From Pseudomonadota bacterium (GTDB lineage: Bacteria; Bdellovibrionota_C; UBA2361; OMII01), in assembly GCA_038134595.1 (NCBI GenBank), contig JAYPVM010000005.1, forward strand, positions 1-64,000: a DNA stretch of 64,000 nt. Reading direction: 5' to 3'. How positions within the stretch are numbered: the first letter of the stretch is position 1; each line of letters opens with the position of its first letter. Under the pieces are notes generated by a model that did no database searches, had not been told where the DNA came from, and saw only the letters and a list, made by a program, of their open reading frames with translations. Position numbers and translations under genes: made by a program. Below are positions 37,348 to 45,977 of the stretch, piece after piece.

Positions 37348-40119
37348 TTAGAGCTCAAGCGCATTCATGAGTTCTTCCCTGCTAATTCCACCTACGAAAC
37401 CCTCTTGAGTGTTACTCGCTGCGTAATCACCTAACGTTTTAGCCTGCCCCTTCTCTTTTCGCCTCAAATTCCAATGAATAATCTCATCAACTTTGCACCC
37501 TACTAGCGAAATTATATTTACGGTACCGGTCTGACCGATCCGATGAATTCGATCAACGGACTGCATCCAATGTTCTGCATTCCACGTTTTTTCAAGATAA
37601 ACGGCAGTTTGAGCGGCTGTCAGTGTTATTCCGACACCGCCAGCAGCTGGCACCGCTACTAATATCGAAGGCGAATCCTCCTCTTGAAATGCTCTAACTG
37701 TCTTTTCCCGCACAGAAGTCGCCACTTCACCAGAAAACGGTGCGGCACCATATGATTTATAGCGGTCACATAACTCTACGATATTTCCAAGGTAATTCGT
37801 CCAAATTACCATTTTCTGCCGATGTTCGCCGACAACTTCCCGCACAAGCTCATCTAATTCTACAAATTTAGCAGGCTCTCCTGTCCACTGAGGATCGATT
37901 AAACGAGGGTTTGAAGCTACTTGCACTGCCCGAAGATACTCTTCAAGGATATTGGTTATTTCTCGGACAAACTGCTCTCCAGAGAGACTTCGCATGCGTA
38001 GCATCAATCCTTCGCGAATTTCATTATACCGCTCTAGCTGGGTCCCTCGAAGCTCAACCTCCCGAAGCGAAAACGTCTTCGCAGGTAAGTTTACAACATT
38101 CTCCTTTCGCCTCCGAAGCATTACCTCATGTACTCTATGAATACTTTCGCGGACTTCATCATCTCGGAACTTTTTGACGGCATACTGGCTAAATTCCGTG
38201 CCGAGTTCAGCAACCTTTGAAAGCCATTTGTAATAACTCTTACCGAGCCTAAGACCTCCGTCAGCTATCTTCATTTGAGCCCAAATATCAGACACATCCT
38301 TTGGTGTAGGAGTACCGCTTAATAAAACCCTTCGGTCACAGGCACAAGCAACCTGACTGACAGCCTTAAAAGTCTTGCCGGAGGGATTCTTAATGCGCTG
38401 TGACTCATCTAAACACAGTAAGGTCTTTTGACTACGAACGAGAGCCTCAACTTCAGGGCTAACATATTCTAGTCGAATCGCCTCATAATTTACGATAAGC
38501 ACATCACAGGACGCACTTCCACTCGATAACAGACGAAGATTCCAAGCCTTAGCCTTTTTGTCTCCGGACAGGGTATGCACCTTCAGGTCAGGAAACCACA
38601 TAGCAACCTCCCTCGCCCAGTTTCGCGCAAGTGAGTTAGGACAAACAACAAGAAGCTGAGAACAGTCTTCCATGTTTCGCAACGACCAAAAATAACTAAG
38701 CACAGAGAGCGTCTTACCCAAACCCATATCATCGCCTAAAAATGCATAGGGCGTCTTCATTAACCAGGAGACAGCTACGCGCTGATGGGGAAATAACCGC
38801 TTGCACTCTTCAAGACTGAGACCTGAGATTCCATCATAATTGACATCTTGCAAGCCTGCATAAAACCTCGCCTGCTCCAAACGTTGAATTCTATCTCTAC
38901 AGTCTTCCAGAAGTCGTTCAAAAGACTGACTGATAGGAAAAGGATTTTCCCCGAAGTCGGTACATAGCCGATCAATCTCTTGCTTTATTGACAGGAGCTT
39001 TGAATCGGGAACCTCTAATAAAGGACTAGTTGCGGAGTCCTGGTAACTACCGCCAGTCTCCTCCCTAAAAGTATCGAATATAAGTCCGCGCAACTCTCGA
39101 TCGATTCCGCCACCAATTAAAAGCGCCCCTCGACCTGACTCCAAAGTTTTCCAAAGACTCGCCGAATCGAGTAAATCCGCTGCCTCATCCTCAAGAACAA
39201 CGTCCCCAGAACCAATTCGGCCGAAAACTTCCTCTCTCCTATCTGATATAAATGAATGAACATCGCGCGCAAGCCATACTGGGAATGGAAGAGAGGATAT
39301 TCTTCCAGCCAACTGAATCAGTTCTCGCTCATTTAAACTAATAGGCTGCCCCGACTGCCGTCGAAAACCGGGAAAGGCAAGCTTAAATTGCTCTCTTGAA
39401 AAACTCTGGGGCTCAAACGAGCCAACATTTTCGCTCGAAACATCAATAAAAGGAGTGAGGAGCGATTCCTTCAATTCCTGACCGGTGGCGCTACCTCTGT
39501 CCTTTTCAATGGATTGGCGCACGGCAGCAGTCTTTTTAAGAACGAGCCCAGCTTGTTCCTCAATAGCGAACAAAATGTTTTTATCGCGGCACCGCTTGAC
39601 AAAGGAGCTTAGCTCGGAGGCCGGTAGCGTGAATGCCTTATCCGAGGAGCAGAAGACTGCAGATGAGAGTCGCTGTAGGATACGATAAGCCGGATGCCCC
39701 ACGCGAGCCACTACCTTAAGCCTTCTAGCCTTATCTTCAAGCCGTATAATTACCTCTAATGGAGCACCCGCAATCGCTATTTCTGGCACTGCGAACGGAT
39801 TGTTACGGAGACACTCCAAAGCCTCCCCTATAGCTAACGGCGGCTCCTCAAGCGGATACACTCCATCTAGCACGCCCACGCCGGAAAATTCTGGGAGCGT
39901 TACGACCCGATGATAATCAGAGAAAGCGATACGCCAACTCTTATCCTCTGCATTGTAACGAGAGGTTGCCACCGCCTTAATAGCCTTGACCCGATCTGGC
40001 CTATACCGGAAGTCCACGAGAACAAATTGCCCGTTACGGAAAAATGAAACTATTGGTCCAGACTCCTGCCTCCACCAACGTTTAGAACCCTTCTTGGTGG
40101 TATTCTTCGCTTTAGCCAT
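37348..40119 (-). CDS. SNF2-family ATPase with HARP-like N-terminal domains
   Basis: GDDMGLGKT, DESQRIKN, LSGTP, GVGITLTAA, DRIHRIGQ. Confidence 0.92.
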   Translation of the reverse strand: MAKAKNTTKKGSKRWWRQESGPIVSFFRNGQFVLVDFRYRPDRVKAIKAVATSRYNAEDKSWRIAFSDYHRVVTLPEFSGVGVLDGVYPLEEPPLAIGEALECLRNNPFAVPEIAIAGAPLEVIIRLEDKARRLKVVARVGHPAYRILQRLSSAVFCSSDKAFTLPASELSSFVKRCRDKNILFAIEEQAGLVLKKTAAVRQSIEKDRGSATGQELKESLLTPFIDVSSENVGSFEPQSFSREQFKLAFPGFRRQSGQPISLNERELIQLAGRISSLPFPVWLARDVHSFISDRREEVFGRIGSGDVVLEDEAADLLDSASLWKTLESGRGALLIGGGIDRELRGLIFDTFREETGGSYQDSATSPLLEVPDSKLLSIKQEIDRLCTDFGENPFPISQSFERLLEDCRDRIQRLEQARFYAGLQDVNYDGISGLSLEECKRLFPHQRVAVSWLMKTPYAFLGDDMGLGKTLSVLSYFWSLRNMEDCSQLLVVCPNSLARNWAREVAMWFPDLKVHTLSGDKKAKAWNLRLLSSGSASCDVLIVNYEAIRLEYVSPEVEALVRSQKTLLCLDESQRIKNPSGKTFKAVSQVACACDRRVLLSGTPTPKDVSDIWAQMKIADGGLRLGKSYYKWLSKVAELGTEFSQYAVKKFRDDEVRESIHRVHEVMLRRRKENVVNLPAKTFSLREVELRGTQLERYNEIREGLMLRMRSLSGEQFVREITNILEEYLRAVQVASNPRLIDPQWTGEPAKFVELDELVREVVGEHRQKMVIWTNYLGNIVELCDRYKSYGAAPFSGEVATSVREKTVRAFQEEDSPSILVAVPAAGGVGITLTAAQTAVYLEKTWNAEHWMQSVDRIHRIGQTGTVNIISLVGCKVDEIIHWNLRRKEKGQAKTLGDYAASNTQEGFVGGISREELMNALEL

Positions 40120-40243
40120 ACGTTCTTTAAAACAGAAAACAACCGCACAAAAAAACTAGCGCCCCAAACCCTCTTTTTCTAATGCGAATCTATACGGCTA
40201 ATACTATAATGTGACTGGTGGGCGTCAAGGCATTAGTAACGAG

Positions 40244-41362
40244 ATGACAAGTCTATCTATACGGAATATCACGAAGCGTTTTGGGGGTCTACCCATCCTC
40301 GACAATATCTCAATCGACATCGAAGATGGTGAATTTTTCTCACTTCTCGGTCCGTCTGGTTGTGGCAAATCAACTCTCCTGCGGATCATCGCTGGACTCG
40401 AGCAAGCCGACTCGGGAACAATAGCCGTTGGAGGAGACTCGATCGACCACCTCCCTCCACAAAGAAGAGGCATAGGCTTTGTATTTCAAAACTATGCCCT
40501 TTGGCCCCATATGACCGTTCTCGATAACGTACTTTTTGGACTCAAAGCCAACGGGACTCCTCCGAGTGTTCGAAAGAAAAGGGTCGAAAACGTGCTTGAG
40601 CTTGTTCAACTCTCCCATCTACGCGCGCGATTTCCACATGAGCTCTCCGGAGGACAGCAGCAACGTGTCGCGCTCGCGCGCGCTCTTGCAATCCGTCCTT
40701 CGGTTATCCTTCTTGACGAACCATTGTCTAACCTCGACGCTCGCCTAAGGCTTGATATTCGAAACGAGCTTGCGGCACTTCACCGAGAACTTGGCACGAC
40801 CACGGTATATGTCACTCACGATCAAGACGATGCCCTCTCGCTCTCAAATCGAATCGCACTTGTAAATTCGGGACAAGTTGCACAAATAGGCACGCCAACG
40901 CAGCTCTATTTCACTCCCCAATCAAAGTTTGTTGGAGAATTTCTTGGATCAACTAATTTAATTGATGCAACTGCCTATAAGCCAGGTATACACGACGAAC
41001 TACACGTCTCGATAAATGGGATTTCCCATGCGCCTATAATCCTTCACCAGAAGTTAGCGCTCGCTTCTTCGGAAGATAAAATAAACGGCACGCTATCCAT
41101 TAGGCCAGAGAGTATTAGAGCTTCGTGCAACCCCGACGAGCAATCTGGTAAACTCGAAGCCGTAGTAGTTAGTCGTCAATTTCGGGGGTTTTATGAACTC
41201 ATCGAGCTGAGATTGAAAAATGGGGTAACCCTTAACCAGATTACAACTGAGCGTAGTCCAGACGACGGAGTAGTTGAGGGCGCTACCGCTTATATCACCT
41301 GGACTGCAAGTGACTTACTATTTCTTCCTGAAAGTATGGAGAAAGCTTGTGCGAGGGCATAG
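40244..41362 (+). CDS. ABC transporter ATP-binding protein (FbpC/PotA-like, TOBE domain)
   Basis: [35 protein letters not shown]. Confidence 0.95.
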   Translation: MTSLSIRNITKRFGGLPILDNISIDIEDGEFFSLLGPSGCGKSTLLRIIAGLEQADSGTIAVGGDSIDHLPPQRRGIGFVFQNYALWPHMTVLDNVLFGLKANGTPPSVRKKRVENVLELVQLSHLRARFPHELSGGQQQRVALARALAIRPSVILLDEPLSNLDARLRLDIRNELAALHRELGTTTVYVTHDQDDALSLSNRIALVNSGQVAQIGTPTQLYFTPQSKFVGEFLGSTNLIDATAYKPGIHDELHVSINGISHAPIILHQKLALASSEDKINGTLSIRPESIRASCNPDEQSGKLEAVVVSRQFRGFYELIELRLKNGVTLNQITTERSPDDGVVEGATAYITWTASDLLFLPESMEKACARA

Positions 41363-44348
41363 AATTCAGCTCATAGTACTGGCATTATTTGCAAGTCTAT
41401 TCTTATTTTATCCTCTCTCTCACATATTGGTTTATTCAGTTCAGTACAACAATGAACTATCACTTCGTTTCTTTAAAATCCTTTTTACCACGAAGCTCTA
41501 TCAAGATTTAATTCTTCACTCGTTAAACATAGCGCTTGCTGTAACAATCATCTGCTCCGTATTCGCCTATTTCATAGCATTCTTGTTAACTCGCTTTAAC
41601 ATCCCATTACAAAAAATACTGGCGACCTTGGTCATCGCTCCTCTTATCGTCCCACCATTTGTAGGAGTAATCGGTGTAAAGCAGCTTTTCGGCCGTTTCG
41701 GAAGCATAAACCTCCTCCTGTTGCACAATAATATTGTAGAGGAACCGATAGACTGGCTAGGATCAAACGGATTGATTGGTGTTATCGCTCTTCAAGTTGT
41801 TCACTTGATGCCGATACTGTTTTTGACGCTACGAGCGTCACTGAGAAATTCTCACCAATCGCTTGAGGAAGCGGCCCTTGTATCTGGTGCAACAACTCTG
41901 TTTAGCCTTCTAAAGATTACACTTCCCCTTACCCTTCCCGGGTGGTTCGCGGGAGCTACCTTAGTTTTCGTTGCGAGCTTTACCGACCTCGGCACTCCGC
42001 TGATGTTTGACTACAGAGAGGTCATAAGCGTTCAGATATTTAACATGCTCTCGGATATAAATACGAACCCAGTTGGATACTCTCTTGTCGTTTTTACTTG
42101 CATTATTTCGATTGTTCTCTATACGCTCTCTCGATCGCTATTTCTCTATGGCGGATTTGTCTCAACGGATAAGTACTCAAAACGAGCTCCGCAGTTTGTA
42201 ACATCGAAGTCTACAGCTTGTATCCTTGGCGGGATCGTTTTTGCTTATGGGCTTATGGCATCTATCCCGCAACTCTCCCTTGTTCTTACTGCGAGCAGTG
42301 AACGGTGGTTTATGACTATAGCACCTGAAAAGCTCACTCTAAACAACTTCCTACTGGTCTTTTCGCATCCACTTACAGCTCGAAGCATTGCAATAAGCAT
42401 TCTATTGAGCGCGCTTGCAACAATCCTTACCATTCTTCTGGGATTAACTTCATCGCATATTATTTCACGAGCCGGCCGGACTATCAGCTCCGTTGTAGAG
42501 TCGATCTCTCTTGTACCACTTGCTATTCCCGGCTTAGTTTTTGCATTCGGATTTATCGGAGCGTTTGCCGGAAGTATAATCGACAACCGAGTCAACCCCC
42601 TACCACTGCTTGTATTCGCATATACGGTCAGGCGACTTCCGACCCTTGTACGAATCACAACAGCGGGCTTTCAAGAGGCTAATAAATCGCTTGAAGATGC
42701 GGCGTATATAGTCGGAGCGGGTCGCTATCAAACCATGCGTCAAATTATCCTACCCCTAGTAAAAAGACATTTATACGCGGGAGCGTTACTCACGTTTGCA
42801 TATTCCATGATTGAAGTAAGTGATAGTCTTTTTCTCGCCCTGGAGGAGAAGTATTACCCTATAGCGAAAGCTATGTATGCGCTTATTGGCCGCCCAGATG
42901 GGATAGAGCTTGCGTCCGCCTTGGGTGTTATCGTAATGGCAACACTAATTATTCTCTTTTATCTCTCGCAAAGATTGTCGGGCTCGACTCTTAGGACACT
43001 GTCAGCGATTGTCGGAATTTTAGTAGTCGCGCCACGGCCTTCACTAGCGTCCGCTGACGAACTCGTTTTACTATCGCCTCATTGGGAGGGTATTCGCCAC
43101 GAATTTTCTGAAGCTTTTGCTCGATCATGGGAGAAGCGGACGGGCAAAACGGTGGAATTTCGCTGGATGGACGTTGGAGGAACCTCCGACATAGTCAAAT
43201 ACGTAAAGAGCGAATTCAAGCGGAACCCAAACTCCATCGGAGTCGATATCTTCTTCGGGGGCGGAATAGACTCTTTTCTTGAGCTAGAGCGGTTTGGGTT
43301 CCTAACGCCTGCCAAGATAAGTGAGCGGGTGCTTGCCCAGATACCATCTGACATAGCTGGAACACCGCTGTTTTCAGAGTCTCATCTCTGGTTTGCAAAC
43401 TCCATGAGTACATTCGGGATTCTTTGCAACCTCGATGCCCTAAAACTTCTCCGCAAGCCTGCTCCTCGCTCCTGGGCAGCCCTGGCGAGCCCAGAGTACA
43501 ATAGCTATATTAGCGCGGGAGATCCCAGAAAAAGTGGGAGTATGCACGCCATGTATGAGATTATCCTGCAAGGATACGGCTGGGAGAAGGGTTGGGAAAT
43601 CATTTATGGAATTGCCGGTAATACCAGACGATTTACTAACAACGCAAGTCAGGTTGGCAAAGACGTAACTACTGGTGATGCCCTTTGTGGGATAGTCATC
43701 GACACGTACGCTAATGAAATAGTGAAGCGAGTCGGCGAGCAGCATGTCTCATTTATCCTTCCGGAGGATTTCGTCTCGGTCAATGGTGATGGAGCTGCTA
43801 TCTTGCGCGGCGCTCCAAACATGCAAGTGGCGCAAGCATTTGCTGAATTTCTACTCACCAAAGAAGCCCAGACGTTGTGGTATGGGAAAAAAGGGGTTAC
43901 TGGAGGACCGCAAAGATATGAAATAGGAAAGCTCTCGGTGCTACCATCGATTTATGATACAACTGCTCCCGCTTCGCTATTCCGTTCAAATCCATTCCGC
44001 TTGCCAAATATGCTTTCGTACAACGCCTCCCTTGCATCCGCTAGGTGGAACATTCTAAACGATTTGTTTGGGGCATTTATTGTAGACACCCACAGCAACC
44101 TCAAGTCGTTATCATCAAACCAACTACCCAATCAAGCGCCAGTTTCAGAAGAGATGATAAACAACTTACAGAAGACAACCCCGTGGGGAGATGACCAGAG
44201 CTTGCGAGCACAAATTGTAGCCCAGTGGAGCACGCAAGCACAAAAACTAGTAGCTGAATCGAATCGCCAAGCCGGAGTCTCAAAAATTCCTGTTCTATTG
44301 CTTTTAGCAAGTCTTATTCTAACGCTGGGCGCTCGAAGGTTCCGATAG
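41349..44348 (+). CDS. Fused FbpB-like double permease and solute-binding protein
   Basis: Two EAA loops (LEEAALVSGA, LEDAAYIVGA), then LSPH...DIFFGGG...DPRKSGS SBP domain and a C-terminal TM; start codon uncertain. Confidence 0.88.
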   Translation: MRGHRIQLIVLALFASLFLFYPLSHILVYSVQYNNELSLRFFKILFTTKLYQDLILHSLNIALAVTIICSVFAYFIAFLLTRFNIPLQKILATLVIAPLIVPPFVGVIGVKQLFGRFGSINLLLLHNNIVEEPIDWLGSNGLIGVIALQVVHLMPILFLTLRASLRNSHQSLEEAALVSGATTLFSLLKITLPLTLPGWFAGATLVFVASFTDLGTPLMFDYREVISVQIFNMLSDINTNPVGYSLVVFTCIISIVLYTLSRSLFLYGGFVSTDKYSKRAPQFVTSKSTACILGGIVFAYGLMASIPQLSLVLTASSERWFMTIAPEKLTLNNFLLVFSHPLTARSIAISILLSALATILTILLGLTSSHIISRAGRTISSVVESISLVPLAIPGLVFAFGFIGAFAGSIIDNRVNPLPLLVFAYTVRRLPTLVRITTAGFQEANKSLEDAAYIVGAGRYQTMRQIILPLVKRHLYAGALLTFAYSMIEVSDSLFLALEEKYYPIAKAMYALIGRPDGIELASALGVIVMATLIILFYLSQRLSGSTLRTLSAIVGILVVAPRPSLASADELVLLSPHWEGIRHEFSEAFARSWEKRTGKTVEFRWMDVGGTSDIVKYVKSEFKRNPNSIGVDIFFGGGIDSFLELERFGFLTPAKISERVLAQIPSDIAGTPLFSESHLWFANSMSTFGILCNLDALKLLRKPAPRSWAALASPEYNSYISAGDPRKSGSMHAMYEIILQGYGWEKGWEIIYGIAGNTRRFTNNASQVGKDVTTGDALCGIVIDTYANEIVKRVGEQHVSFILPEDFVSVNGDGAAILRGAPNMQVAQAFAEFLLTKEAQTLWYGKKGVTGGPQRYEIGKLSVLPSIYDTTAPASLFRSNPFRLPNMLSYNASLASARWNILNDLFGAFIVDTHSNLKSLSSNQLPNQAPVSEEMINNLQKTTPWGDDQSLRAQIVAQWSTQAQKLVAESNRQAGVSKIPVLLLLASLILTLGARRFR

Positions 44349-44396
44349 ACACTTGTTACATAAGAGAGAAACACTCGACCACTAATACACTCTTAA

Positions 44397-44627
44397 CTAC
44401 TTGCCTAAGAGCTCTTCAAGTTCTCTGCAGCGATTCTTTATTTTCTTTATCTCAGTGATTCTAGAGTGAAATAAAGACCAGAAAAGCGGCTGGGGAAGTC
44501 GTTCGCGTTCCTGAGAGAACCTAAGTATGGTCTGCTTCAACTCCGATAACTCATCAGCCAAACTGCTTCTCTGCAAAGGCTTTGTCTGAGTCGTCTCACT
44601 TTCTCGTTGATCAGATTTTAACTTCAT
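44397..44627 (-). CDS. Small coiled-coil hypothetical protein
   Basis: Helical, charged ORF in the intergenic gap. Confidence 0.55.
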   Translation of the reverse strand: MKLKSDQRESETTQTKPLQRSSLADELSELKQTILRFSQERERLPQPLFWSLFHSRITEIKKIKNRCRELEELLGK

Positions 44628-44717
44628 AGCATAACCATCATTCCCTAGTGGGTCTGGTGTCAAGAGTTTTTAAATTCAACCAATGCGGTTTTTACATCAC
44701 CGACCACAGGTTACAGG

Positions 44718-45653
44718 TCAGACTATCTCCTGTTTCCATTCATGGTAGTCTCGCAAGATAGTGAGTGCATACTTCATGCACTCCCGAGGCACTCGACGTG
44801 TGCCAGAAGTTGCCGATTTAACGTGGCCAGGCCCCCAATTATAGGCAACAAGGGCAAATAATACGTTGTCGTCGTATTCTCTTTTCAAATGCCTTAGATA
44901 CTCGATCCCAATTTGTATATTATACGCAACATCACTCAATGGCCGTGGCTTCAGACCTTTGCTTTTGGCTATCCACTCTGCGGTCCTAGGCATTAACTGC
45001 ATCAATCCACGTGCGCCCTTTTGCGAAACTGCATGCGTGTCAAAGGCGCTTTCAGATTTTATCACCGCAGCAAGAAAGAGAGGATCAATTTGGTAGCGAT
45101 AACTTGTCGATACTATAACCCGTGCTAACGCTCGACTATCAACGTGAGGCTTCCCGTGCTTTTTCACTATCACTGCCACTCTATCTTCGACGGTTTTAAT
45201 CGAGATCGGCTGCTTATTAGTTGCTACTAATGACAAACCTGTAGAGAGCACATTTGGAACTAAACGACTTGGCACCATCTTTGTATGTTCTAGCCGATTC
45301 TTTCCAACTCTATTTTTGACACCGAGCTCGTCAGTATCTGGATAATCTTTCAATTGACGGGAAAGGCTCTCAAAAGAATGGCTAGAATGTCCTGATTTCT
45401 GATGGAGCGCAGATATGGCGGAGAAACTAACTACACGGAGAAACACTCCTACTGAGAGTATCCCCACAAAAAGCCCGAGCCATCTTATAGATTTCTTGGG
45501 GTAGCTATTTTTTTTTGCACAACTGGAAATACCCGCCCCGAGGATATCGGCGGCAATTATGCGCCCCTGGGGCAGAATATATCCCCTAGCGACACTACCG
45601 CTCCTATCGATTGCCCGACTCGTTTTGCTAGGTTTCTCAATTCCCTTTGGCAT
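44718..45653 (-). CDS. Lytic transglycosylase (SLT domain), membrane anchored
   Basis: AVIKSESAF, AVSQKGARGLMQL, NIQIG-x-x-YL, AYNWGPG. Confidence 0.92.
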   Translation of the reverse strand: MPKGIEKPSKTSRAIDRSGSVARGYILPQGRIIAADILGAGISSCAKKNSYPKKSIRWLGLFVGILSVGVFLRVVSFSAISALHQKSGHSSHSFESLSRQLKDYPDTDELGVKNRVGKNRLEHTKMVPSRLVPNVLSTGLSLVATNKQPISIKTVEDRVAVIVKKHGKPHVDSRALARVIVSTSYRYQIDPLFLAAVIKSESAFDTHAVSQKGARGLMQLMPRTAEWIAKSKGLKPRPLSDVAYNIQIGIEYLRHLKREYDDNVLFALVAYNWGPGHVKSATSGTRRVPRECMKYALTILRDYHEWKQEIV

Positions 45654-45669
45654 CGTAAGACTTTCCAAT

Positions 45670-45806
45670 GGTCGATTTTAATCCCCAAAGAGCGCTCTGC
45701 ACTTTAAGCTACTGAAAGCACTCGCTAAAAACACGTTCGGCAGTCCGTCTTATTACCACCAGACGGACTCTCCCGTGTTACATGCTCTTATCTGCACGAA
45801 ACGACC
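45670..45806 (-). ncRNA. Putative structured leader RNA upstream of the SLT gene
   Basis: Nested stems GGTCG/CGACC, AAGAGC/GCTCTT, AACACG/CGTGTT, AGTCCGTCT/AGACGGACT. Confidence 0.5.
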
Positions 45807-45977
45807 TATTGCTTCACAAATTGAAATAAAAAATTAGTTGCTTTTTCCGAGTCTTACAAACCCGCCTACACGTGCCGACATCGAACGTAGAGGACTTAGC
45901 TGTCACACAATCAAAAACACAAGGTAGAGGCCACTCAAAATAAGCACCTACAATCAGTACAGAACAGCTCCAAAGAA

